DNA of 64,000 bases from NCBI GenBank assembly GCA_951406725.2, contig OX597819.1, forward strand, positions 116,002,001-116,066,000, read 5' to 3'. This stretch comes from Octopus vulgaris (Eukaryota). Numbering within the stretch: position 1 is the first letter of the stretch; the number at the start of each line of letters is the position of its first letter. This document shows positions 1-13,703 of the stretch, one piece after another. A program made the translations under genes and the position numbers. The notes under the pieces are model-generated. The model did not search any database. It saw only the letters and a list, made by a program, of their open reading frames with translations, and was not told the origin of the DNA.

Positions 1-211
1 GCAACACAGAAAATAACTGCAATTGTCTACGCGTATACAAGCAACATAACCACATCGTTGTTTGATGAAAGGTTAATTAATTGTCTCGTAATACTCCTGA
101 GTAACAATGTATGTTCTATAAAAGGATTATAACATATCTATTCTAAATAAATAAATTCTTTACATTTTTCGTTTAACAATTAAATACATATGCGCACACA
201 CACAGAGGCGC

Positions 212-353
<142 letters not shown>

Positions 354-1537
354 GCGTGCATATGTGGAACACGTACACATAAAATGTGTGTGTGTTAACA
401 TGTCTGTATGTGTGTGTGATCATAGCAATGTATTAACAGTTATTTATTAATTTAAAATTCCTTTTCAAATTTGCATTGTAACATCCCGAAAGCAAATAAT
501 AGAATAAAAATTAAAAAGAAAGAGGAAAAAATACGCAAATACCGAATTAATCTAGGCTGAACACAGTTTCAAAAATGAATTTTTGAAAATAGCATAATCT
601 ACTTTGGAAGTGAGAATGATTTATGAGAAGAAATAAAGAGCGAGAAAAAAATGAGCGAGAACTGAAGAATGGTGAAAGCAGACAATGTAGAACGCGCGTT
701 GATTACTTGTGTTAATAAATTTTTTGAAAGAAGAATTGCTAAAAGATTAGGCGTAAAGATAACGCTACTGCGGATTTACAATTCGTTCGAAATCATGATG
801 AAATTGAAACAATGTGAAATTTATTATACTAAAGATGTTTCAATAAAGTGTACCATTATGCTAAGTCTGTGTACTATAAGCCTTCAAAAAAGAAGGAACA
901 AAATGCAATGTCAACTAGATAATGGATGCGAAAAAGAAAAAAAACAATGTGATATAGAATCCATTTTAGTTTACGAGTATTTATATAAAACGGTGTAAAT
1001 TATAAATACGCTCAAGAATTGACATTAATTTTCTAGTTTTGGTGCAGTAATGCTTTAGGAATATTAATAACAATAATAAAATTTCAAGTCTTTGACATTT
1101 TATTATATTTAACATAAATTGAGCAAAAGTACGTGAATCATTATCTTTATTTTTTCCCATTCACGAAACACGATGTTTTCGAAAATTTCCTTATTTACTT
1201 AAAAATGCATTTTGATCAATATTTTCATGTGAAAGGTTTATTTGAGAACAGACACAAACCACACATACACACACACACACTTTGATAAATTACTTAAACG
1301 TATATATATATGTATGTATATGCATATATGTTTTCACTTAGTTATGTATGCATATATATATATGTGCTTGTTTGTGTAAGAGTGTATAATTGTATTAGCA
1401 CATCAATCGCACGAACGAAATCGGACGCAAACACTTATATACATAGATATGCACGCCGACATACACACTTGAAGTTATATTAGTGACCCCAGGACGCACA
1501 GCATCGAAACAAACGCGTCAATATCTGAGAGTTTTCA

Positions 1538-1725
1538 AGGCGGTGAGATGGCAGAAACGTTTGCACGCGGTATTTACGTTCCGAGTTCAAATTCCGCCGA
1601 GGTCGACTTTCCTTTCCATCCTTTCAAGGTCGAAAAATTAAGTACCATTTGCATACTGGGGTGGTTCTCATAAACTGGCCGTCTCCCCCAAAATTTCGGG
1701 CCTTGTGCCTAGAGTACAAAAGAAT
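1538..1725 (+). mobile_element. tRNA-derived SINE family A (internally deleted), tail variant 1
   Basis: ggcggtgagatggcagaaacg head, B box gagttcaaattcc, core gtcgactttcctttccatcctttc..gtcg..aagtacc; homologous to 37844 and 50870. Confidence 0.8.
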
Positions 1726-1794
1726 ATATGTATGTATGTATGTATATATGTATGTATGTATGTATATATGTATATATATGTATATATATATATG

Positions 1795-1832
<38 letters not shown>

Positions 1833-1950
1833 TATATATGTATATATATATAATATATATATATATACATATATATATATATGCATATATACATACATAT
1901 ATATACATATATACATATATATATACATATATACATACATACATACATAC

Positions 1951-1981
<31 letters not shown>

Positions 1982-2060
1982 TAGAAATGGAACAAAAACG
2001 CAATAGCGATCAGTAAAAACATACGGACAGATAGACAATTTTTATATATACATATATATA

Positions 2061-2104
<44 letters not shown>
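1724..2104. repeat. compound (TATG)n/(TA)n/(TACA)n microsatellites
   Basis: Direct inspection. Confidence 0.9.
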
Positions 2105-2107
<3 letters not shown>

Positions 2108-4103
2108 GTTTGCGTGTATGTATGTTTATACTAATATACAGTCGAGCACACGATCACCGACATATCTTTATTTTGTATAGACTCCACCATTTTGACTGGC
2201 TCTGTTTGATTTATCGCTTGAGATGCGACATTACTTATCATTGTACATGGAACATACTAAAACCGAAGTATATCATTGTAGGGTCTGTATGAAAGAATGT
2301 TTATATGAAACACACTCACTAAATTCGGTTTGCTGTGCTATCCTGCATCCGTGCATACTCATAACTTATAATCGGGACAAGTATTAATATATTTTTTTTT
2401 AAAGGCATCAGTTAATCATTTTATGAATAACCACCAATGGACTGATGTTGAACTCTGGGCTCCTTTATAGTTAAACACATAAAAGAGAAATACCATGTCT
2501 GTGTCCAGGAGCGGGTGGTAGTCTATCGCAAGTAGTTTCCGCTAAACATCAGCGAAGTGACATGAAGTAATGTCTATTTAGGATTTTAGCCAAGGAACAC
2601 AACTGTGAAATATCTGCAACACATCTGAACTTCTGACCTATGACCCACCAGCAACCCGATCCATTATTCATACATCAGTTTTGTCTTCTCTTTTTCTCTT
2701 TGCATGAAAAAAAAAATGATACTCAGCGAAATAAAAAAAAAAACTAATGGTAAAATTACATAAAACTATTTGGAGATGATTTGATGGTACTCGAAATAGT
2801 GAGATGGAAATAATGATATTGATCGCGGTGTTTTTCAATTATCAAAGAGTACAAACAAGGCTATTATAACGTTGTACAACAACGTTTATAAAATAACTAA
2901 TTAACCGAACACATACCTATATTTTTATCTTTTAACATTTCTAAAATATTATACTGTATTACACAAACACAATAATGTATATAGCGTGTATCGACATTTT
3001 TGTGCAAGGATTCATTTTCGTTACATTATTTTCTAACAAAGTAAGACAATTTCCTTCCTTGAGCTAACATCTTTTAATACAACGATAGAATATTCGTCCT
3101 TTATTTTTTATATTTTACTTTTCCATTCATGTAACTTTAAAAGTCATCCTTGTTTAATCTTTTCAGTTCACGTCGTTATTGTGTCTCATTTAATTTCCTG
3201 ACCAGATTCTAAAGAAAAATGAACCGAAGTTATCATCAACATTATAAATAATAGATTATGCTGCTTTCTCAGTTTTCTTTCTTTCATTTCGCTTACACCG
3301 TTTATTTCCAATTTTTTTGTTATTACTCATTTCTGAATTTCTATGACGTTAGTTATTTCTTCCGCTTCATACTCTCCATTATAACAAAGCATTGAATTAT
3401 TTTGTTTCTGACACATATCTTCTTTCTATATTTTTTAAATATTTTTTTATTTAAATAAACACATAATTTTAGATTCTTAATATGTTACCTTCCACAATAT
3501 AAAGGAGATACAATATAGAGAAATATTATGTAACAAAGGGAAATAACAGTTACTAAAATAAACTAGTTGTATAATATTAACGTATATGTGGTACGTAATT
3601 CTATCTCTTTACATCAATCCGGTTTCAAGTCTTGCTAAGATGAACTTTGCCTTCAGCGGAGAGATAAAATAAAAAGGTTAAAATAAAGGACTGGCTTCGC
3701 TGTTAATCAAATACTTCATATTTAAACGTGACATCTATTTCTATTTCGGAAAACATTATCTCATATCGTATTCAGCTAAACAACACACACACAAGGACAC
3801 AGACACACACACTATCTGGAATACATTTACAGAAGCAAACACTCACACATTCACATATAATAACATACACACTCACAGTATCTACTCAACCACACTTGCG
3901 CACACCTAACCACATACAGGTGCATGCAAATGTTTATACACACACTCTCTCTCACACATTACGTGCGGACGCAGATGTTCACTCACAAACACTCACACTC
4001 TCTCTCTCTCATACGCACACACGCAATTGCTCTCTCACACACACACACATACCGATCTACCTTGTCCTCTCTATACTCATAAATCGTAATAGGATGACCG
4101 GTG

Positions 4104-4224
4104 ATCATCATCATTATTGTTCGACCGTGGTCGAGACAATGGAATTTACCATGCAACGCCAAACTTCACGGTCCATCATAGCATTACGGAGGTCCTGTTG
4201 CTGGATGCCTGTATCCCTGGCCAG
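4104..4224 (-). mobile_element. RTE-clade LINE 3' end
   Basis: Minus strand reads LARDTGIQQQDLRNAMMDREVWRCMVNSIVSTTVEQ*, an RTE-like C-terminal AM.DR..WR motif, followed by a (TGA)n tail. Confidence 0.65.
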
Positions 4225-4395
4225 TGAACCCTAGCAGATTTGAAGCCAAACTGAACTTGAACAAATGACTGAACCATGAAAGTGGTCACGGATGGCTAGT
4301 ACTTCACCCACAAACACACAAGTACACGAACGCGCAGTCACGCGGGCATACACACACAACAACACACACACACGTATGCGCGTGCATGCATACGA

Positions 4396-4444
<49 letters not shown>

Positions 4445-4641
4445 CGCAAACACTTTGTTCACTCTCACCCTTACCTCCTCTTCTAAGCAAACATACACCT
4501 ACATACAAGCATAATTGCACACAAGCATAAATCCAATTCTCGGACAGGATCAGTGGAAGCCATGGAGCGAGAGGGATACCCACTGAAGGACACTCATCGA
4601 AAAAGTCTCGACCGGTGACAAAAGAACTTTGACTAACAAAC

Positions 4642-4841
4642 TGTTATATCCTTAAAATGTTGGATTAATATAACGCCCACTTCGGTGTTCAGTGCACTTA
4701 GAAAAAACTAGTAGACACGACTATCTCTGACTGCCTACCACGTACTCTGGTACTTCACGTACTTCTCTTTACTTATAGTGACTAGGTTATTCCATTCGTC
4801 ACGTGGAAAGAGTGAACCATTATTACTAATTCTCTACAACA
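4642..4841 (-). mobile_element. 3' LTR of Ty3/Gypsy element (~200 bp)
   Basis: Minus strand begins TGTTGTAG and ends GATATAACA (TG..CA with short inverted termini), directly after PPT AAAAGGGGG (4844-4852), downstream of integrase. Confidence 0.7.
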
Positions 4842-4899
4842 TACCCCCTTTTAAGCTTTATTAATAACTTCTGTTATTCACTCCACCCTCTTTTTTTTT

Positions 4900-6140
4900 T
4901 ACTTTTCTATTTTTTTCGTACAATTTAATACTTTTTGCGCTTGGCATCTATTTTCAAGAACTCTGTATGTTTTCTTCTCCGCTCACTTGTACGCCTGGGT
5001 TCAATCACCTGCAGTGGCATTGGCACTTGGAACGTATCGCACAACCATTCCATCGGTTCCTGCAACTTCTTTGGTTCGATTTCCACGAATCTCTTTTTCA
5101 GTCGGTTTCTGTGTCTCTTTTGTACGCGTTTTCTACTTTTTACCCAATACCTTATTTTTTACCTATGCATTTGGTAATTACGCCATCATCCCAACTCTGC
5201 TTTCCATTCTTGTATGCCCTCATATACACCTTTTCACCAACTTTAAAGTATCTTCCTATGGTGTCCCTGACACCTTTTCTTTTCTTGCTAGGTAGCAATT
5301 TATCAAAGACTGATTTTAGTTTCTTCGCAGGGGATCTACCTGTTAGTGTATTCGGATTTGGTGTCACATGGTACACTCTCAAAAATTGTTGTAGAGCTAC
5401 CTCATCCGTGACTTGTTTGATTTTCTAAGGACTCTTTTGAAGGTATAAACAGAGTGTTCTGCCTGTTTGTTAGACCTGGGATGATATGGTGCAGTAGCTA
5501 CAAGTCTTACTGCGAAGGTTTCACAAAACTTATTAAATTCGTTAGACACAAATTGCGTTCCATTGTCAGAGACTATCTTGTCTGGGATGCCAAATCTTGT
5601 AAACAATTCGTGTAAAAAAATTATCACAGTTGAGGATGTTGGTTTTTTAAACGTACAAATTTCTGGCCATTTTGAGAAACTATCAACTACCACAAAGTAG
5701 TGACAAACAATTTAAAGGCCCAGCGAAATCGAATTGTAGACTCGACCACGGGACATCTACTTTTGAAAAATGTTTGCTTTTTATCGTGGGCAATTTTTCA
5801 TTCCCTTTTGGCTTACATATAGGTGTTTCACTCTGTTTTACTGCAATTTTTTTCCTTTCAGACACTCAGCCGCATTCGAACATTCGACTGAACTGACTAT
5901 ATTTCCCCACAAAACATTTATGGGCATATTCCATGCTTTAAATAGTTCCATACCCTCTGTGCTGAATAAATTAAGCGAACTTTTTAACACATATATCTTT
6001 GCCTTTTTCGATTGACCTCGAAATATTACATAAGACACGAATTCATTGAAAAAAATAATAATCTTTTTCTCGTAACACCATGTGCTACCTTTTTCGATAT
6101 AATTAATTTCGACTTACCGACATATTTCTGATGAAAATCT
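4900..6140 (-). pseudogene. Ty3/Gypsy pol remnant: integrase core plus protease-region fragment, RT/RNase H missing
   Basis: WSSLQFDFAGPLN..VVDSFSKWPE..LFTRFGIPDKIVSDNGTQF..TAPYHPRSN (rve domain); C-terminal FKVGEKVY..W..GVI; frameshifts and stops. Confidence 0.9.
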
Positions 6141-6935
6141 TTACAGATTATTCCAAGCTCCAGAACACCATAAACGGTATGGGAAACCGAACATGCCTTC
6201 AGTCGGATCTGTTTGCTGTTGTCCAATGTCAGAAAAGAACAATATGCTTCTAAATGAAGACAAATTTAATTTGATGAATTTTAGAAAAGAGGATTCTCTG
6301 AAACAAACATAAGCCCTTCCCCTCGGGCGACTCCCTAGTGTCATCCAACAACACCAGAGACCTTGGAGTAATTGTTAATAACAATCCAAGCTGAAGTTTC
6401 CACGTAAACAGCACGGTTGACTTGGCCTGCAAGATGCGCTTCTGGATTCTGATAAATTTCTGGTCTACAGATTGTCATACCATCATCCTTTTCTACTCTA
6501 CTTTTGCCCGATCTCACCTTGAATACTGTTGCGCACTGTAGTTTCCCCACATGAATCGACTCATTATGAAAGTGAAAGCGCTCTAGATGTCAATAACCAG
6601 AAAGATAGACCGCATGACAGGCATTGACTGTTGAGTCGACTAAAAATTCCAATCTCTACTGTCTCCAACGCCGCCGTGAGCGCTACATCATTTGTGTGAG
6701 GTGGAAAATATTCCATCAATATTACACAAATGATGTTGGCATCAACTTTAAAATCATTGCGAGACTTGGCCTCGGTACTAATCACCTACTACAAATATCG
6801 AACTCAGATACATAACAACATTACGATACTACTTTACCTCAACTGACTCAGCTCTTTTTAATACTATACCAAAATATATCAAAGCGGAAACAGATAGCAT
6901 AAAATTCAAAAGTTTTCTGGACAAATTTTTCACTG
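6140..6935 (+). mobile_element. CR1/L2-type LINE 3' fragment (RT thumb/C-terminus), degraded
   Basis: DLGVIVNNN..FHV..; YSTFARSHLEYCC; LQRRRERYIIC..WKI; F..FLDKF motifs. Confidence 0.75.
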
Positions 6936-7066
6936 CCTTATCAAAAACAACAACAAGAACATCAACAACATCGACCTCAGCAGAATTAGAACACAAATAT
7001 AAAAACTGATGAACTACAGCTAAGCATTGTCCCCGCCGTTCTAACGATTCTGCTATTTCGCCACCT

Positions 7067-7195
7067 ATTCAAATTCCCCCGAGGTTAACTATGCCTTTCC
7101 TTCTTTCGGAGTCGATAAAATAAGTACCAGTTGAACATCGGGGTCGATGTAATCCCCTCCCCCAAAATTGTACTTTTGTGACAAAATTTGAAGCC
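7067..7195 (+). mobile_element. SINE family A, 5'-truncated
   Basis: ttcaaattcc..gtcgataaaataagtaccag core and tail 1. Confidence 0.7.
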
Positions 7196-7203
7196 ATTAT
7201 TAT

Positions 7204-7244
<41 letters not shown>

Positions 7245-7296
7245 ATAATAATAATAATAATAATAATAATAGTAATAATAATAGTAATAATAATAA

Positions 7297-8545
7297 TGAA
7301 TTCCTTATTTGCCTCCAGGGCGAAGGATGAGAGGGACAATACGAAGACATCCTTAGTGTGGGTTTTTTTACAGAAATTGAAATGATAAATTCATTAAATA
7401 AGTAAAAAAAATGTAAGTATACACGGTATATAACGAGAAGGAAAGAAAATATACCTAGTATACAAAGATTTAAAGAAAAGAAAACAGTAGAGGTGGAGGA
7501 TGATAGTGATGTAGTCATCTTAATACAGAGCGACTTCTAGGGATAATGGAGGAAACCTATTTTCTCATATTTCCCTGAACACCAAGAGTAAGTGACCTCT
7601 CCAATTCCTTCTGACTACATTTATAGAGGTACCACCTATTCTTGAAGAAGTGTATGAGAGCTCTATCAAAGAGGAATGTATCTTCCCTCTGCCTTTCGTC
7701 TTTATCCACCAAACAACCTATTTCACCAGAGCCATCAGGCAAAGAAAAAAACTGCCTTGCCTGCTCGATTGAAGGAGTGCGGTAGAGGAAACGTTACCAG
7801 AAACTCGGCCGATTGACGGATCTGTCCCACACGTGACAGCAGCCCCCCACAAGTCAGCAATTCCCGGACACTGAACAAGTGCGTGCAGAACGGTTTCGTC
7901 ACTGTGTGCGCACCTCAGACAAGCCCGTCTGACAACAAATCCATGCCCGTAGACTTTATCTCGCACCAGTAGTGCCTCCCGGTAGCATTGTCAGTCTAAG
8001 AACATCTGGAAATTATCCATAATACTTCCCTATCGGAAATTTCTCCGGAACAGACTAGCCAGTTCGTTTTCGTCGGCACCCAGATTCTCCCCGAGAACGC
8101 CGTCGCCACTAATCCTCTATAAATTTCTAAAACGGAACATCCACCGATCCAATTGCCCGATTGGTAGAGGGCTGTGAGTGCCTGACGACATTCTAGATAC
8201 CAGTGTCCCAGTCTCGGGCTGTTCTTCACCCAGGACTGCAGCTCCGTCAAAGAGACGAGCTGCTGCAGAAAGACGAGCCTTAGTAATGGATCTCACACTT
8301 GCTCACGGTTGCAGGTGAGTAACTTGAGCGCATGTCTGCGCTTTAGTACCCACAGTATAACTAATTAGCCACTCAGAGGATGTTGGCAACAGACTGATCG
8401 CTTGACCATTGAAACGCGTCCCTTCCAGAAGAATTTAAATAACAGACGCTCCAAACTGGTCAAGCAGTAGCCGGGACAAGACACGGCGGACAGGCGATAA
8501 ATGATAGCGGAGGTGATGTAGGCATTTGCCACCGCAATTTCTTTA
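7297..8545 (-). mobile_element. Tx1/L1-clade LINE 3' fragment with zf-RVT-like CCHC motif and (TTA)n tail
   Basis: ITSAIIYRL..LERLLFKFFWKGR; CLRCAHSDETVLHALVQCPGIADLW; VVWW motif; frameshifted. Confidence 0.8.
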
Positions 8546-8689
8546 TTTAATGATAATAAGTAAACAACAACAACAGCAACCACAACAATGATAATTATAA
8601 TACTAATATGATGATGATGTTGATGATTAATAATGATTAATAAAATAATAATGATTCATAAAAATAATTGATACTACTTGAGACAGCAC

Positions 8690-11560
8690 TGTATCTTCAC
8701 AATGGTGAAAATACATGAATAACACCAGAAACAGACACACTCCTCCAAGAAAATTAAAAAGTTATTCATACTTCAGACAAGCTGTAAATAAAAAAAAAAG
8801 ACAAGGTTATGCACACCAGACGAGCATCGAAGCGCAGCTGGTGGATTACAAGGAACTTTCATAGAATTTTTGAAATTATGATGATAAATCATTATAATTA
8901 TGATTTTAGAAAATTTGTGATTATTATAATTATAGTGTCTTCTATTAACCCTAAGATTTCATAAAAGCAAAATTTTATTGCATAAGTGGAGTTTACAAAA
9001 ATATGAGAACGAACAAGGAAAGGTGTATGAAAATATGGAGAAAGGTTAGATAAATACATTAAAATATGTTAAAAAGTTAGTAAGTTTTAAGAATACAGAA
9101 TAAATATGAAAATATATAAAAGAGTACAATAATTTCAGAAAGATATAGTTTAAAAAATGAAAATCCAAATTGTGTTATCCACTTACATATGGTTGTAAGG
9201 ACGTTAACTTGGGAGAATCAGGAGATCTCATGATATAATCTGCCTACATGCTATAGTATTGAAATCGTGTGCACCTGAGTGTATCCATAAGAAGTAAAAT
9301 CATTCATATCATAAATCAGCAAGTTAAAACTAAACGAATACCACACAAAAAAGTAAAATAGCTACAGTAGACATAACCATTCTCTATGGAGAGTACTGAT
9401 AAAAAAAGAATCTAAAAAGTAGAAAGAAATAAAAAGACGCGATGCTGATTTCAGAATAGGAAATGCTGTAAATGGAATCTATGAACATGACAAGTTATTC
9501 ATGAATAACCAAAAAATTAATTAAAAATAAGAGAAACTGTCCATACTGACCAACGAAAGGTCTACCGAGGACCTCTTTGCAAGTTAAAATGATAGCAGCA
9601 ATGAATTAACTAAAATTTACGTATCATATTTAATGAAAACAGAGACAAACATCAATATCACCAGGTTAAGCGCAATAATATTTGTTACTGCCATTGAAGA
9701 TAGAATGGATAGTGAATATTCTCTCACAGGTAATTAAAATATCAATACTGATACAAAGAATATATAAAGCAAATTTACAGAAATAAGGATGGAGATAAGT
9801 GAAAAGATCTCCCAGAATAATGAAATAAATGGCATCCTTCTCCAAACATAAAAAAATCTGTTGGCATAGAAACCAACAGCCCTTCTTTAAGCAAAACACA
9901 CATTTCGACTATAAATCCAAACAACTATATCATGGACTAGGTAAAAATAAACTAGAAATTGAATCAGTAATATCTGCGAGGGAAATAAAAGAATTATTGG
10001 AAAATGCTATGAAAGAAGGTAACAGTTTCGACGGGATTGCTCAAAGCAACAAGCACAGTGTCTAAAGAATCGTGAGAAAACCTAATAGAAGAAGTTTGCA
10101 AGACGCTACTAAAGCGAAAAAGCAAAAGATATGACGAGATGACAATAGTGAAAATTGCGGTTAAAATCTTTAATAGTTGCATCTAAAGTGCTTGTATAAT
10201 AAGACATCCAAAATAGGATATCCACAAGGCTGAAGACAACAGCTGACTTACTCAAAGATGGAAAACACCCAAAACTAAAGAGAAAGCTACTCCTAACCTA
10301 CAGACATAAAGGCAGCTTTCCAACGACGTACGAAACATTAATTGTAATAATATACTGGAGAATAAGTAAACGTCTGAGAATTTAAAATAATCATACAACA
10401 CTAACAGGAATGCAAGAAAGTGATAACGAACCTATATCGCTATAAAGATAGGTTATTGATCTACAAATCCATGTTCATATGCTGCAAGGGCTTGATTATG
10501 AGATGGATTTTAACATACGCAGACTGTAGGAACATCACTCAGGAGTAAGATAGCACCTGTAATATGCAGATATATTAAATAATTGATGAGGAAATGACAA
10601 AGAAGGCTTCAGATAAAGACAACAATAGGATATCCACAAGGCTGAAGACAACAGCTGACTTGCTCAATGATGGAAAACACCCAAAACTACAGAGAAAGCT
10701 ACCCTAAACCTACAGACATAAAGCCTCCGTTAGTAAAGCTTTATTCCTAGAACAGATTCCCTTTCCTTATCCCTTTTCAGCATATAAAACCAGTCTATTC
10801 TCGGATGAAAAGGCTATGAGATGGCAAGAAACTATATTGCATATAGGGATAGTCTTATGGTGTACATATAGATAATATAAAGAAAAACAAAATAGCTACA
10901 CATCTCCAGACAGTACGTGGATATACGATAGGAATTAATGAAGTTCGGATTAGTAGTAAGATGTTACGATGGAAATTTATTAATAACCCAAGTACTATAA
11001 TAAAAATAGACAGGGATTAAACCAAACAGAAACTTACGCATGCTTTGAATTCAGTTAACTAGGCAGTACAACGATCATGCAGAATATAATAAGTTAGGGA
11101 AGAATGTTACAGACGCATTGTATTAATATTTAAATTACGTTAATGTTATTCAACATAAGGTAATAAACCACAATAATTCATCCGTATTAGTTATATGTCA
11201 AAATATTCTCAACTGAGTGCTAGAATTATCCATACTGGTCGGACATATATCTAAAAAATAATGATTGCATTTAGATTACGTCACCCAAGGGCGAGCATAT
11301 AAATATTACATTACAAACTATATTAATTCGGGGATGTAGTCCTTATGCTAAATACCAAATATGCACTGCAAGTCTATAAAAATATATTGTAAGCACCAAT
11401 TGATATTTCGGATAGCTATGAAACACGGACACACACATGCACACACACATATACACACATACTACACACGCGCATACACTACACACACACAAACCTGATA
11501 CAAAACGGGCTGCAATGGTGGATAGATTTGATAAGATACAGCAACAGAAAGTATAGTTCA
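8690..11560 (+). mobile_element. heavily decayed R4/Dong-like LINE remnants
   Basis: Weak traces only (gattccctttcc ~ DSLS, aaaggctatgag ~ KGYE, atgaagttcggatta ~ MKFGL); A-rich strand bias. Confidence 0.35.
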
Positions 11561-12070
11561 ACTGAAAGTTAAACTAAGACTTAAGCAACATAGTACTATG
11601 GTACAGCAGTGGATCGATAAGACCCTACTTGAATTAAAATTGAACTGAGGAGAGATAGATTAAGTGAAAGTGTGACGCTGGTCGCAAAGTGTACGAGCAA
11701 AGCGGGAATTCTTGATCGTGATTTAATATCAAAGGCTTCCCAGTGGAAGCCCCCGAGGTCATGTAACGAAACAAAATACGTTATGTAGAACATGTAGTTT
11801 TTCGCAAAAAAACAACTAATCAAATTTTCACTGAAAGCTAAATTGTATCACAAAAATTCTACCTCTATATGCATGAGAGAGACAGAGATTTCATACTTCG
11901 AAAATTAGAACGGCATTATGGAATACTGACAGTAAAGAGGTGATATAAACATAACAGAAATTCTCCCAAGGAGTGAGTAAGAGAACATACTCTGAGATCT
12001 GGTAATCCACACATTGAGTGAGATGGAAGCCCATACGGTGGATATTGTTGTTAAGGTCTACAAGAAAAGA

Positions 12071-12471
12071 TTCGGTTTGAACGGCAGTTTTTAACATAAT
12101 TTCTAGGTAACTAAAAGATTTTAAACTTCGTATACTGGTAGAATGTGTTTATAAAACATCTTTTTCTCTTGGCTTTATTGAGAAAATTCTATAGTTTGTA
12201 AGATATTTGTGGGTTTTTTTCTTCAATTTCTGCAATTTCAACCAATCAAATACGTCCATTGAGTTAAAAAACATTCAGTGCCGTATGAATATGTCCCTCG
12301 TTTAAGAAACAGATTGGGTTTATTTACATTTCTGAAGAAATAAAGATACCCTTTCCCCCACCCCTAACCCTAATCCTAAAACATTGAAATGCAATAGATC
12401 GATACTAGGGTCATAATTATGGGTGACAATTTCATATGACAGCGCTAGAAAAAACTGCCGTTCAAACCGAA
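12071..12471. mobile_element. non-autonomous DNA element (MITE-like) with 22-bp inverted repeats
   Basis: ttcggtttgaacggcagttttt (12071-12092) is the reverse complement of aaaaactgccgttcaaaccgaa (12450-12471); no coding capacity. Confidence 0.75.
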
Positions 12472-13703
12472 AAGACCCAGATACTGTGCTTTAACCGAAT
12501 TCTGAGATCTATCAGTCGGTAAGTTATTTCTCAATAAAATGAAAAAACTTTCTGAATTTTGAGTTTTGGAAACAGAGTTTATCAGAATAAAATGTTTTAG
12601 AACAGAACAATCCATATAAGAAATAATTTGCGAATGATGGAAAAATATAGATAAATAATTGATATCCTATAAATTAGAAAAGTGCATTACATAGAGAAAA
12701 TAGCACTGCTTGTCACGTCACGAATATTATTTAGAGTTCTCTCAACACAATAGAGAATATAAAACCAAAACAGAATAGAGCATACACTCAAGGCGCCGAG
12801 ACATGCGCTCGATACTTCATTGAAAACACGCATTAAAAAAATAAACTATTCAAAAATGCAATATTGATACTATTACTAATAATTATAATAAATATGGCTG
12901 TCTAATTTCCTGTATAACTTTTCAATTATATATTTAAAAAAGCCATTAATTTTGGAACTTTAACATTATGACTTAATTATTATTTTACCATTTTTCTTTT
13001 TAATTTAATACTTTTGATGTGGTCTTTTCTTGTTTGTTGGTCAATGAAAATCTTATTTCCTCCATTGTGATTAAACTTCCTTTTAAATACTCTTTTTATG
13101 CTTTGCTGTTTGATCTTTTCTCGCGTTTCATGCCTGTTATTGGTTATCGAAAATTAACAAAGAATAACAAAGAAGGAAAGAAAGAAACATGAAATACGAT
13201 CCCTTTTGAATATTTCGTTTTCAATATTCGCTTTCATTATTAAAAAATCTCTCTCTCTCTCTCTACAAACACACATACACACATACATGTGTATATATAT
13301 ATGTTTAAATATACGAATATATGTACATATATATATGATTTTCATATTATTATAATTTAAATTCAAATATTCGTTTAATTGCACTCTAAAATCTATTTTT
13401 AAAAGTATTGCACACTGTAAAGATTTAAATACAATATCGTATTCAATTTTAATATATATTACATAAAATTAATAATTAAGTTACTCATAGACTCCATAAC
13501 GTTAGCATACACATACATAGGGGATACACAGGTGCAAGGACTAAATGAAAAAAAAATTAAATTTTCTATCACATATACTTAAACCGTTAAATTAAATAAT
13601 GGTGTGTGTGTGTGTGTATGTGTGCATGTGTGTGTGACTGTGTGTCTGTGTGTGTATATATATCTATATTTATATATGTATGTATATATTAATACATATA
13701 TAT

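Noticed and set aside
669-998. 109-aa ORF as a host gene
   Set aside because: No recognisable domain, AT-rich, no splice context I can support.
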